DNA of 31,871 nucleotides from positions 1 through 31,871 of the forward strand of contig CAXFSR010000059.1 in the NCBI GenBank assembly GCA_964005815.1, in the 5' to 3' direction. The notes under the pieces were generated by a model. It searched no databases and was not told where the DNA came from. It was given only the letters and a program-made list of their open reading frames with translations. The position numbers and the translations under genes were made by a program. This document shows positions 8,920-17,857 of the stretch, piece by piece; positions within the stretch are counted from its first letter, which is position 1; each line of letters starts with the position of its first letter. Source of the stretch: an uncultured Nitrospinaceae bacterium (lineage in GTDB: Bacteria > UBA8248).

Positions 8920-10277
8920 TGAAAAAATTAAATCAATCGACCAAAACTATACTTCTAAAATCAATTCTCGAAAGATTCAATATCGAAAATGTCCCCTATT
9001 GTATACTCAGAAATCATGAATTGCTTCCTGAAGAATTTCGAAACGATATAGACATTCTTATAGAAGAAAGCTCGAAAAAAGTCGTTGCGAATATCATTCA
9101 AGATTGCGCAGAAGATTTGAATTGGGATTACAGACAAAGAGGAACTAATCTGTATTTTCTATTATTTTATTTAGATGAAAACGATCTTGATTTCTTTAGA
9201 CTTGACATTGTAACCAAACTGGAATCTGGAGGTGTTGAATATTTTCCTGCTAAAAGATTTTTAGAATCGAATAAAATTTCGAAAAAAGGATTTAAGATTC
9301 CTGACCCAACCTTGGAGTTGTTTCACATTCTCGCACATTTTCTTCTTGGGCCAGAATATAATAGAGATAAATATTCTGATAAAATTAGTTCACAAATTCA
9401 AAATAAAGACATAGATTGGGATGTCTTTTATACATCTCTTAAAGAAATTTTTCCCGTTAAAATTCCTGAAACTTTAATACGAAATTTTCAAACTAAAAAC
9501 ACTCGTACAATATTGAATAGGAAATATTTTTACAAATATCTCATGTTATTTAAACTAAAAAGATTGTATTTCCCATTTTTCCAATTTTTCAAAAAATGGT
9601 TAAACCGAATTTATAGATATAGTTTTCCAAAAGGAAAATTTATTGTCCTTATAGGACCAGATGGATCGGGAAAATCCACCGCATCAAAATCTGTTGTTGA
9701 ACTAATACAGATGTTTCATTTTTTATGTGCGCACATACATTTAGGATTTAGGCCTGCTTTCTTACCTACTAAGAGAGAAATTCTGTTTTGGAGAAAAGAA
9801 CTACCTTCAAAAAACAAAGAGAAAAATGACAAAAAACTTAAAACAAATCCAAAAAATAAAATGGGATACTTAAAATTTCTTTACTATTCAATCGACTATC
9901 TTTTTGGCTATTTAATAAAGATAAGACCAATTTTATGCAAAAAAGGATTCGTAATTACGGAAAGATACTTTTCAGATTATTTAGCAGGTACAAGGAAAAA
10001 TCCTAAAGTTACTACTCCAAATTGGTTCATAAAATTAATTTACTTTTTTTTACCTAAACCTTATATGGTAATAATGCTATACGACATCCCTGAGAGAATT
10101 TTTGAGAGGAGAAAAGAACTAAGTATTGATGAAATAAAAGAACATATTGAAAAATATAAAAAGATTGATATGAAACAGAAGAAATTATTAGAAATTAAAA
10201 CAGATGTCCCAACTTACAGAATTGCGGTTCAAATTTTAGATGCAATTTTGGGAAAAGAAATTTCAAAAAGGTCATAA
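8919..10277 (+). CDS. Nucleotidyltransferase-fold plus thymidylate-kinase-like P-loop fusion protein
   Basis: N-terminal YCILRN..LP...NDIDILI; C-terminal IGPDGSGKST, ITERYFSD, LPKP, RRKEL; ATG overlaps the upstream TGA (TGATG). Confidence 0.75.
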   Translation: MKKLNQSTKTILLKSILERFNIENVPYCILRNHELLPEEFRNDIDILIEESSKKVVANIIQDCAEDLNWDYRQRGTNLYFLLFYLDENDLDFFRLDIVTKLESGGVEYFPAKRFLESNKISKKGFKIPDPTLELFHILAHFLLGPEYNRDKYSDKISSQIQNKDIDWDVFYTSLKEIFPVKIPETLIRNFQTKNTRTILNRKYFYKYLMLFKLKRLYFPFFQFFKKWLNRIYRYSFPKGKFIVLIGPDGSGKSTASKSVVELIQMFHFLCAHIHLGFRPAFLPTKREILFWRKELPSKNKEKNDKKLKTNPKNKMGYLKFLYYSIDYLFGYLIKIRPILCKKGFVITERYFSDYLAGTRKNPKVTTPNWFIKLIYFFLPKPYMVIMLYDIPERIFERRKELSIDEIKEHIEKYKKIDMKQKKLLEIKTDVPTYRIAVQILDAILGKEISKRS

Positions 10278-11480
10278 ATGAGAAAGAATTACAAATTAGC
10301 GGTCCTCACCTCTCATCCTATTCAATATCAATGCCCTTTATGGAAGAGATTATCTGAACATCCAGAAATCGATTTAACTGTCTACTATTGTTCTGACTTT
10401 GGCATAAAAGAGCAATTTGAACCAGAATTCGGTGTGAAATACAAATGGGACTTGAAACTACTTGATGGATATAAATCAATTTTTTTAAAAAACTATTCTC
10501 CAAAACCAAGTTTTAACCCAATATGGGGGAAAATAAATCCAGGTATTGCTTATGAGTTGATAAAAAAAAAGTATGATGGAATTTTTGTACATGGTCATTT
10601 TGCTACCACGAATCTAATAGCTTTCATCACGTCTAAATTAACCGGAACACAAGTTCTTTTAAGAGCAATTGCTTCAAACTTTTACGATAATATTGTTCAA
10701 AGAAATAAAATAATACTTACAGCAAAAAAACTATACCTAAAAATTGTATACAAATTCTTAATAGATTCCTTTCTTTCTATAGGTTCAAGAAACAAAGATT
10801 TTTTCATAAGTTATGGGATCGCTAATGAAAAGATTTTTCATTGTCCATATGCAGTCGATAATAAATATTTTTTTAAAAAATCAGAATCATTTTTTAAAAA
10901 CCGAAAAGAAATCAGAAAAGAACATGGAATCAATGACTCGACTACAGTGTTACTTTTTGCATCTAAATTAATCACTAAAAAATGTCCGCTAGATCTATTA
11001 AGAGCATACAAAAAAATCAATGACCTTCCAAACAAACAGCTACTAATTATAGGTGACGGACACCTAAGAAAAACTATGGAAGAATTCGTTCACAAAGAAA
11101 AATTAAATAACGTTTCCTTTCTTGGATTTCAAAATCAAGAAAACATGGTGAAGTACTACTCAATTTCAGATATTTTCGTTAGAACTGATCTTCCCGACAA
11201 AGGAGATTGGGGAGCAACTGTTAACGAGTCCCTTGCGTGTTCATTGCCTGTAATCTCTACTAATGCACTTTCCTCTCAAGCTGATTTAATTAAGAACGGG
11301 GAAAATGGTTATGTGATAGAAATAGGCGATACTGATAAACTAGCAAGTCACTTAAGAGAATTAATAGAAAATCCAAAAAAACTATTTGATATGAGAAAAA
11401 AAGCTAAAGAGATAATGAATTCATGGAGTTATGAAGAAGATGTCATTGGAATTTTAAATGCTCTAAAAAATCATCGTTAA
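10278..11480 (+). CDS. Glycosyltransferase family 4
   Basis: SHPIQYQ N-terminus, YAVDN, KLITKK, GDG, LGFQNQ, WGATVNESLACSLPVI. Confidence 0.9.
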   Translation: MRKNYKLAVLTSHPIQYQCPLWKRLSEHPEIDLTVYYCSDFGIKEQFEPEFGVKYKWDLKLLDGYKSIFLKNYSPKPSFNPIWGKINPGIAYELIKKKYDGIFVHGHFATTNLIAFITSKLTGTQVLLRAIASNFYDNIVQRNKIILTAKKLYLKIVYKFLIDSFLSIGSRNKDFFISYGIANEKIFHCPYAVDNKYFFKKSESFFKNRKEIRKEHGINDSTTVLLFASKLITKKCPLDLLRAYKKINDLPNKQLLIIGDGHLRKTMEEFVHKEKLNNVSFLGFQNQENMVKYYSISDIFVRTDLPDKGDWGATVNESLACSLPVISTNALSSQADLIKNGENGYVIEIGDTDKLASHLRELIENPKKLFDMRKKAKEIMNSWSYEEDVIGILNALKNHR

Positions 11481-11520
11481 AAATAAGCTCTTGAAAAAAT
11501 TCTAATTATAAGGTTACTCA

Positions 11521-13416
11521 ATGTGTGGCATAGCTGGAATCATTTCTAAGAAAAGCAGTTACAACACTACAGATATCTTAGAAAAAATGATCAGTATTCA
11601 AAAACACAGAGGTCCTGATAGTAATGGGAAAAAGATTCTCTTACATAATAATTGGGAAATAGGCCTAGGACACACTAGACTATCGATTATTGATTTAAGT
11701 CATAATGCAAATCAACCAATGACAGACACAAGAACTTTAAATACAATATGTTACAATGGAGAAGTTTACAACTATTCTAGATTAAGAAATGAGATGCAAG
11801 AGAAATCGGAATGGAAATCGACTAGCGATACAGAGGTAATTCTGAAATGTTTCAATCAATGGGGTATAGAATGCCTTGAAAAAATTAGAGGCATGTTTGC
11901 ATTTTCAATTTGGGATCATCAGAGAAAAACATTAATTTTGGCTAGAGACCAATTTGGAATCAAACCCCTTTACTTTTACTATAAAGAAAACCAATTTATC
12001 TACTCCTCAGAAATTCGTTCCTTACTTGCAAGTGAATTAATTCCTAGAAAACTTAGTCAACAAGGACTTGAATCATATCTGGAATTTGGTTCAGTAATTT
12101 CTCCAAATACAATAATAGAAGATATTTATTCATTAATGCCTGGTGAGTACCTTGAAATTAAGTTAGGAGATTCTCTAAGTATAAGGAAAGAAAGTTTTAG
12201 AGGTAAGAAAACATCAAAAGAAAAAGAAATCAGTCTAAAAACATATTCTGAGACTTCAAAAGATTTATATAATATTTTAAGAGATTCTGTAAGTTCTCAC
12301 TTAATGAGTGATCTCCCTCTTGGGGTATTTTTATCAGGAGGGATAGATTCTAGTACAATTGTTGCCCTTATGCATGAGACAAACAAAAAGCCTATCAACA
12401 CTTTTAGTGTCGTGTTTGAACAAAAAAAATATACCGAAAATATCTTCGCAAAACAAATAGCAAGAAAATACAAAACAAATCACTCTGAAATTCTACTTTC
12501 TGAAAGTGAAATTCTTAATATGACTCCAGAAGCCTTAGATTGTATGGATCAGCCTACAATGGACGGGGTAAATACCTATGTAATATCTAAAGCTGTGAAA
12601 AAAGCAGGTATTACTGTAGCTCTATCAGGCCTTGGCGCAGATGAATTGTTTGCCGGATATTCGAGTTTTTCAAGAATATCTAAACTAAACTATTTGAAAT
12701 ACATACCAAACATACCAAAAAGATTACTCGCAAAATCAGCACAACTTCTATTCAGAAATTCAACCAATAAAATGAAAGCTTTCGAGTTACTAGGAAGCGA
12801 CCCTAATATTCATTCACTTTATAAAATATCTAGACAACTTCTAAATCAAAATGACAGACAAGCACTACTTCCAAATATAAAACATGCTGCAACTTCTTCT
12901 GCCATCGAAGGATATGCAAATGAAAATGATTTAGATCCAGTCAATCTGATGTCAGAATTAGAAATGCAAGGATACATGACTAACACTCTTTTGAGAGATA
13001 CTGATTTTATGAGTATGGGAAATTCACTAGAAGTAAGAGTGCCCTTTATTGACAAAGAGGTCTATAATTTCGCATCACAAATTCCAGGAAAGTGGAAAAT
13101 TAAAGATAGAAGATTAAAATCAATTTTGATAGATTCTATGGGTAATCTAATACCAGAAGAAATAAAAAATAGAAAGAAAATGGGATTCACTCTACCTTTT
13201 GATCAATGGCTTCGAACATCACTCAAACAGAATGTAGATGAGGTTTTAATTGGAGGAAAAGAAATACAAGAGAAATTAGGATTATCTCCAGAAAAAATAT
13301 CTAAAATCTGGAGTTCATACTTGTCCTCTTCAAATGACTCATTTTGGTCTAGACCTTGGGCACTTTTTGTTCTAATTCGTTGGTGCGATAAAAATAGAGT
13401 TGAGTATAATTACTGA
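11521..13416 (+). CDS. asnB: Asparagine synthase (glutamine-hydrolysing)-like amidotransferase, probably amidating a uronic acid
   Basis: MCGIAG Ntn Cys, HRGPD, RLSIID, YNGEVYN, SDTEV, FLSGGIDS, SGLGADELFAGY, LEVRVPF. Confidence 0.93.
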   Translation: MCGIAGIISKKSSYNTTDILEKMISIQKHRGPDSNGKKILLHNNWEIGLGHTRLSIIDLSHNANQPMTDTRTLNTICYNGEVYNYSRLRNEMQEKSEWKSTSDTEVILKCFNQWGIECLEKIRGMFAFSIWDHQRKTLILARDQFGIKPLYFYYKENQFIYSSEIRSLLASELIPRKLSQQGLESYLEFGSVISPNTIIEDIYSLMPGEYLEIKLGDSLSIRKESFRGKKTSKEKEISLKTYSETSKDLYNILRDSVSSHLMSDLPLGVFLSGGIDSSTIVALMHETNKKPINTFSVVFEQKKYTENIFAKQIARKYKTNHSEILLSESEILNMTPEALDCMDQPTMDGVNTYVISKAVKKAGITVALSGLGADELFAGYSSFSRISKLNYLKYIPNIPKRLLAKSAQLLFRNSTNKMKAFELLGSDPNIHSLYKISRQLLNQNDRQALLPNIKHAATSSAIEGYANENDLDPVNLMSELEMQGYMTNTLLRDTDFMSMGNSLEVRVPFIDKEVYNFASQIPGKWKIKDRRLKSILIDSMGNLIPEEIKNRKKMGFTLPFDQWLRTSLKQNVDEVLIGGKEIQEKLGLSPEKISKIWSSYLSSSNDSFWSRPWALFVLIRWCDKNRVEYNY

Positions 13417-13514
13417 TTTTCAATAGAATGAGATGTCTTTTTTCAATTACTTGTGGAAATCTCTTTTAAGAAAAATAAAAACTCGATAATTGTTTACAAG
13501 AAAAGGAATATCAT

Positions 13515-14492
13515 TTGTCAGACTTTCTAGTTACTGGTACTTCAGGATTCATCGGTTCAAGAGTTTCTGAAATCCTATTACAGGAAGGACATCTTGTAAT
13601 TGGGATAGACAACTTAAATAATAGTTATGACAATAGACTAAAAAAATGGAGGCTGAAGCAACTAAAAGAATTCTCTAATTTTATATATGAAGAAATTGAT
13701 ATTTATGACCACAAGATATTAGACAAATTTGTATCAAAAACAAAAAGAAGTTTTGAAGCCATTATTAATCTTGCGGCTCATGCTGGTGTGAGAAAATCAG
13801 TGGAGAATCCTCGTATTTATTATGAAACAAATGTGTTAGGAACACTCAATCTTTTAGAATTATGCAAAAAATTTGAAATAGGAAAATTTGTTCTTGCATC
13901 AAGCTCTAGTATTTATGGAGAGTCTGATATAATTCCTTTTTCAGAGGAGAACGATACAGATATTTTCCTATCACCTTATGCTGCTTCCAAAAAATCAGCT
14001 GAGGACCTCTGCAAAACATATAATTATCTTTTTGGAACAGATATTAGCATCTTACGATTTTTTACTGTGTACGGTCCTGCAGGAAGACCGGATATGAGCA
14101 TCTTCAGGTTCATAAAATGGATAATCGAAGGTGATCCAATTCAGATATATGGTGATGGTCAACAAAAAAGGGATTTTACCTTTGTTGATGACATTGCAAA
14201 AGGAACAATCAACTCCCTTAGAAGGGTTGGTCTTGAAACTTTCAATCTTGGCTCTGACAATCCCATTAAATTACTAGACGTTATCTCAATAATTGAACAA
14301 GAAACGGGAATGAAGGCAAACTTAGAGTTTAAGGATAAATTTGAAAGCGATGTTTTTGCCACATGGGCTAATATTAAGAAGGCTAAAGAAATACTGAATT
14401 GGGTTCCAAAAACTTCATTTATGGATGGAATAAAAAAAGTAGTGGCTTGGCATCTAGAGAATAAAGAGTTTGTTCGTCAAATAAAAATTTAG
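13515..14492 (+). CDS. NAD-dependent NDP-sugar epimerase (UDP-glucuronate 4-epimerase-like SDR)
   Basis: TGTSGFIG, LAAHAGVR, ASSSSIYG, YAASK, FFTVYGPAGRPDM, RDFTFVDD; TTG start with AGGA RBS. Confidence 0.9.
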   Translation: MSDFLVTGTSGFIGSRVSEILLQEGHLVIGIDNLNNSYDNRLKKWRLKQLKEFSNFIYEEIDIYDHKILDKFVSKTKRSFEAIINLAAHAGVRKSVENPRIYYETNVLGTLNLLELCKKFEIGKFVLASSSSIYGESDIIPFSEENDTDIFLSPYAASKKSAEDLCKTYNYLFGTDISILRFFTVYGPAGRPDMSIFRFIKWIIEGDPIQIYGDGQQKRDFTFVDDIAKGTINSLRRVGLETFNLGSDNPIKLLDVISIIEQETGMKANLEFKDKFESDVFATWANIKKAKEILNWVPKTSFMDGIKKVVAWHLENKEFVRQIKI

Positions 14493-14494
14493 AA

Positions 14495-15529
14495 CTAAAG
14501 AAAATCTTTAACACTCACTGTTCTTCTTGATTTTGAACTTTCTGATGCAGCATGCACAACAGCAAGAGATTCATGTGCAATTTTTTCATCAACTTCAGGG
14601 CTTTTATCTTCTCTGACACAAATTGCGAAGTCATCAAGTGCATCACGAAACATATCTCCTTCAACCATATCAGAGACTGTATCTTCTCCTAAAGGATCTC
14701 TATCAACATGCAATCTAATGGGCAAAGGAGATTTAGAAGGATCTCTCCATTGCTGACCTGTAATTCGAAAATGCGCAACGCCTTTTGTTCCATGAACATT
14801 CATGTGAAAAGCCCAAGGACACGACCAGCCCGAACCCACATACGAAAGAATTCCTGAATCATGCTCCATGATAATCATAGATGCATCTTCTACCTCTGCT
14901 TTTGTATGAATACTTCTCAAAACAGCCGTTACTTCCTTAATAGGTCCATGCATAAATCTCAAAGTATCAACATGATGAATAGAGAGTTGAATAACTACAC
15001 CTGTAGGATTCAGTTTTGGGTCTGATCTCCACAAATCTGGGGTTAGTTCAAGTCCCCTTTCAGTACAAAAATTACTTTCATTTATAGAAATTTCGCCCAA
15101 TTCACCTTTACTGATGAGATTTTTCATTTCCCTACAAACTGACAACCTTCTAGCACTATGTCCAATTGCTAGCTTCACACCAGACTTACTTATAATATCT
15201 ACTATTCTCTTGGAATCTTCTAAATTATGTGCAATAGGTTTTTCACAGTAAATATGTTTGCCCGCTTCAGATATTGCCTGTATGTGTTCCCTGTGTGCAT
15301 AATTTGGAGTAGTTAAAATAATGGCTTCAATTTCATCATCTTTTAAAAATTCTTCAAAAGAACTTGCTTCTCTGGTTCCATAAGATTCCATAAAATTTTT
15401 TCGCTTCTCCTTAGTCCTACTAAAGCATGAAACTAACTCGATCTTACCACCACGTTCCGCTGCATTTGCCAAAACATTTGCCCAACGACCTAAGCCCATT
15501 GAAGCTACTCTTATCTTCTCAAATGTCAT
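14495..15529 (-). CDS. Gfo/Idh/MocA family oxidoreductase
   Basis: MGLGRWA, TTPN..H, HIYCEKP, IHHVD. Confidence 0.88.
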   Translation of the reverse strand: MTFEKIRVASMGLGRWANVLANAAERGGKIELVSCFSRTKEKRKNFMESYGTREASSFEEFLKDDEIEAIILTTPNYAHREHIQAISEAGKHIYCEKPIAHNLEDSKRIVDIISKSGVKLAIGHSARRLSVCREMKNLISKGELGEISINESNFCTERGLELTPDLWRSDPKLNPTGVVIQLSIHHVDTLRFMHGPIKEVTAVLRSIHTKAEVEDASMIIMEHDSGILSYVGSGWSCPWAFHMNVHGTKGVAHFRITGQQWRDPSKSPLPIRLHVDRDPLGEDTVSDMVEGDMFRDALDDFAICVREDKSPEVDEKIAHESLAVVHAASESSKSRRTVSVKDFL

Positions 15530-15559
15530 CTTAAGTTTTACCTTTCAAAAAAGAAATTT

Positions 15560-16027
15560 TTAAATACCTATTTGGAAATTTGGATAATCAGTTTCTCTTA
15601 AAGAATTTTCTGCAGAAGAGCAGAGATCTGCAAGAGTTATTCTGGAGAGTGTATCGTGAATAGATACCTCTAACTCTTTCCATAAAAACTGGCTACCTAA
15701 ACTAGCCATATCCTCATTACCGGAACATTTCACATCTTCAGATTTATTTATTCCTTCAACAGGAACAATTCCTTCACCCACTGAAAAAAGCAACGTTTTC
15801 ATGTCAATCTCATTAGCTGGTTTTGCAAGAACATATCCCCCTCCGGGTCCTCGAGTACTTGCAACCAAACAGGATCTTCTCATTTTCACAAAGAGTTGTT
15901 CTAGATAACTCTGACTAATATTTAATTTTCTTGCAATCTGAGACAAGGAAACAGGTTCTGATTGAGAAAGAAGCGCCAGTTCAACCATTGCCATCACAGC
16001 GTATCTTCCCTTTGTCGATACCTTCAA
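15560..16027 (-). CDS. Rrf2 family transcriptional regulator, CymR-like
   Basis: MKVSTKGRYA, ISQSYLEQLF, STRGPGGGY; lacks the IscR three-Cys cluster motif; TTG start with AGGTG RBS. Confidence 0.9.
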   Translation of the reverse strand: MKVSTKGRYAVMAMVELALLSQSEPVSLSQIARKLNISQSYLEQLFVKMRRSCLVASTRGPGGGYVLAKPANEIDMKTLLFSVGEGIVPVEGINKSEDVKCSGNEDMASLGSQFLWKELEVSIHDTLSRITLADLCSSAENSLRETDYPNFQIGI

Positions 16028-16050
16028 ACTACACCTCTGAATTCCAATAA

Positions 16051-16530
16051 TTAATTATCTACAATATCAAAAATCCCTTCCACAAAACCCTTCTCGTTTT
16101 TGTCCCATGCGAAAACTTTCGTTTCTTTTATTACATTTTCATAAACACTAATAACGACATGTTCAGCATCAGGGAAAGTAGGGATATCTCCAAAAGGAAC
16201 TGCAGCATTTTTATCTTCATCCGAAAAATATGAATCTTCATCAGGATGACTATGAAAAATACCTATTAAAATCTTCCCTTCTTTAGTCGAACTATCAATT
16301 CGAAGGAACTCTTTTGGCTCGATCAAGAATGCTGTTCGTGCTGTCCTTGGATAATTTTCAGGATCCAATTCGTGCATTTCATTTTGAATATTGCGACACA
16401 AAACAATTTCAAGATCATCTGTTTCATAACTTTCTTTGTTCGGTCCTAGAATCAAACCACAACACTCATCTGGATAATGAGAAATTGCGTGATCAGAAAT
16501 CAAATCTGATTGTTCTTTTGAAAGTTTCAA
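16051..16530 (-). CDS. JAMM/Mov34 (M67) metallopeptidase, Mec+-like
   Basis: YPDECCG plus an intact HSH-x7-S-x2-D JAMM motif (HSHPDEDSYFSDED). Confidence 0.92.
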   Translation of the reverse strand: MKLSKEQSDLISDHAISHYPDECCGLILGPNKESYETDDLEIVLCRNIQNEMHELDPENYPRTARTAFLIEPKEFLRIDSSTKEGKILIGIFHSHPDEDSYFSDEDKNAAVPFGDIPTFPDAEHVVISVYENVIKETKVFAWDKNEKGFVEGIFDIVDN

Positions 16531-16543
16531 TTACATCCTCGAT

Positions 16544-17476
16544 TTAGGTGCTAAGATAACGATCTCCACCATCAGGAAAGATTGTTACTATCACCCCTTT
16601 TTTAATAGTCTTCGCAACTTCTCGAACACCAACTAAAGCGGCACCAGCTGAATGTCCAACAAATAAACCCTCTTTCCGAGAAATCTTCTCTGCAAAATCA
16701 TAGCTGGATTCTGTATCTGCAAGAATCAAATTGTCATGAACCATGTCATCATAAATACCTGGTCTAATAGATGAAGGGATGTGTTTCATTCCCTCTAAAC
16801 CATGAAATGGCTCAGAAGGCATAACAGCATGAATTTTCACATCTGGTTTATTCTTTTTCAGACCTCTGCCAGTACCCACCAAAGTCCCTGTAGTTCCAAG
16901 GCTCGCAACAAAATGTTGAACTCTCCCATCTGTTTGTTCAAGAATCTCTATAGCGGTCGTTTTTTCATGAGCTAGTGGATTAAAAGAATTATCATATTGG
17001 CATGGCATAAAAAAAGCATTAGGATTTTCTTCGTACAATTTCCTTGCTAATCTTTGGGCTCCATCTGAACCTTCCATTGGACTTGAAAAAATCAGATCTG
17101 CACCGTATCCCTTTAATGTTTCTATACGCTCAGAAGTTGCATTCTCAGGAATTACAAGCGTAACCGGAATATTTAATGCAGCACCAACCATCGCATATGC
17201 AATACCAGTATTACCACTAGTAGAGTCTAACAATACCTTGCCGGGGCAAAGATCTCCAGAATTTATTCCTTCCTTCACCATATTGAACGCTGGCCTATCT
17301 TTTACAGAACCTCCAGGATTAAACCATTCTGCCTTTCCATACACCTCCACTTCAGGAAATTCATTTTTAAAAAGATCAACTTTCAAAAGTGGAGTATTTC
17401 CAATCAACTTAAGTATTTGGCATTTTTCAACATCTTTGAACGCTTTTACAGATGACTCGATTCCAATTCTACTCAT
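16544..17476 (-). CDS. cysM: Cysteine synthase, CysM-type (probably sulfur-carrier dependent)
   Basis: IGNTPL, NPGGSVKDR, TSGNTG, LGTTGT, HGLEGMKH, PDGGDRYLS; flanked by carrier and JAMM genes. Confidence 0.82.
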   Translation of the reverse strand: MSRIGIESSVKAFKDVEKCQILKLIGNTPLLKVDLFKNEFPEVEVYGKAEWFNPGGSVKDRPAFNMVKEGINSGDLCPGKVLLDSTSGNTGIAYAMVGAALNIPVTLVIPENATSERIETLKGYGADLIFSSPMEGSDGAQRLARKLYEENPNAFFMPCQYDNSFNPLAHEKTTAIEILEQTDGRVQHFVASLGTTGTLVGTGRGLKKNKPDVKIHAVMPSEPFHGLEGMKHIPSSIRPGIYDDMVHDNLILADTESSYDFAEKISRKEGLFVGHSAGAALVGVREVAKTIKKGVIVTIFPDGGDRYLST

Positions 17477-17545
17477 GAGAAATCCTTCGCAAAATCAACT
17501 ACTACTCATAATTATTACTCGGGCCAGAGTGGTCGACCCCACCAG

Positions 17546-17824
17546 TTAAAAACCACCAGCAATTGCAGGAATAATAGAAATTTCGTCATTCTCATTCAAA
17601 GAAGTTTCTTCTCCCTGCAAAAATCGTATATCCTCCTGATTAACATATATATTTACAAATCGTCGTAATCTTCCCTCTTCATCATACAATCTACTCTTTA
17701 TACCAGGGCACTCTGCATCTAAGGCTGAAAGAGCATCTTTTACATTTTCTCCTTTGACCTCAACTGTTTCTCTATTTTTAGAAAATTCTTGCAGAGGGGT
17801 CGGAATTCTAACAACAACAGCCAT
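17546..17824 (-). CDS. MoaD/ThiS/CysO-family ubiquitin-like sulfur carrier
   Basis: VRIPTPL, LRRFVNIYVN.EDIRFL, IIPAIAGG-F C-terminus; GGAG RBS. Confidence 0.93.
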   Translation of the reverse strand: MAVVVRIPTPLQEFSKNRETVEVKGENVKDALSALDAECPGIKSRLYDEEGRLRRFVNIYVNQEDIRFLQGEETSLNENDEISIIPAIAGGF

Positions 17825-17857
17825 ATTTTTCTCCCATTAAAGTTACAAACCAAAAAA

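Noticed and set aside
8919..10277. Labelling the fusion tmk or an MNT antitoxin
   Set aside because: The TMK motifs are divergent, there is no HEPN partner, and it sits in a glycan operon
4231..10570. T9 and A9 runs in glycan genes (4231-4239, 6042-6050, 10562-10570) as phase-variation switches
   Set aside because: All frames are intact, such runs are expected in AT/Lys-rich sequence, and there are no long G/C tracts
15560..16027. Calling the Rrf2 protein IscR
   Set aside because: It lacks the three-Cys/His cluster ligands and has no isc/suf genes nearby
16051..17824. Ubl plus JAMM as an anti-phage ubiquitin-like conjugation system (Bil/CBASS-type)
   Set aside because: No E1, E2 or cyclase gene is present, and the flanking cysteine synthases explain the pair
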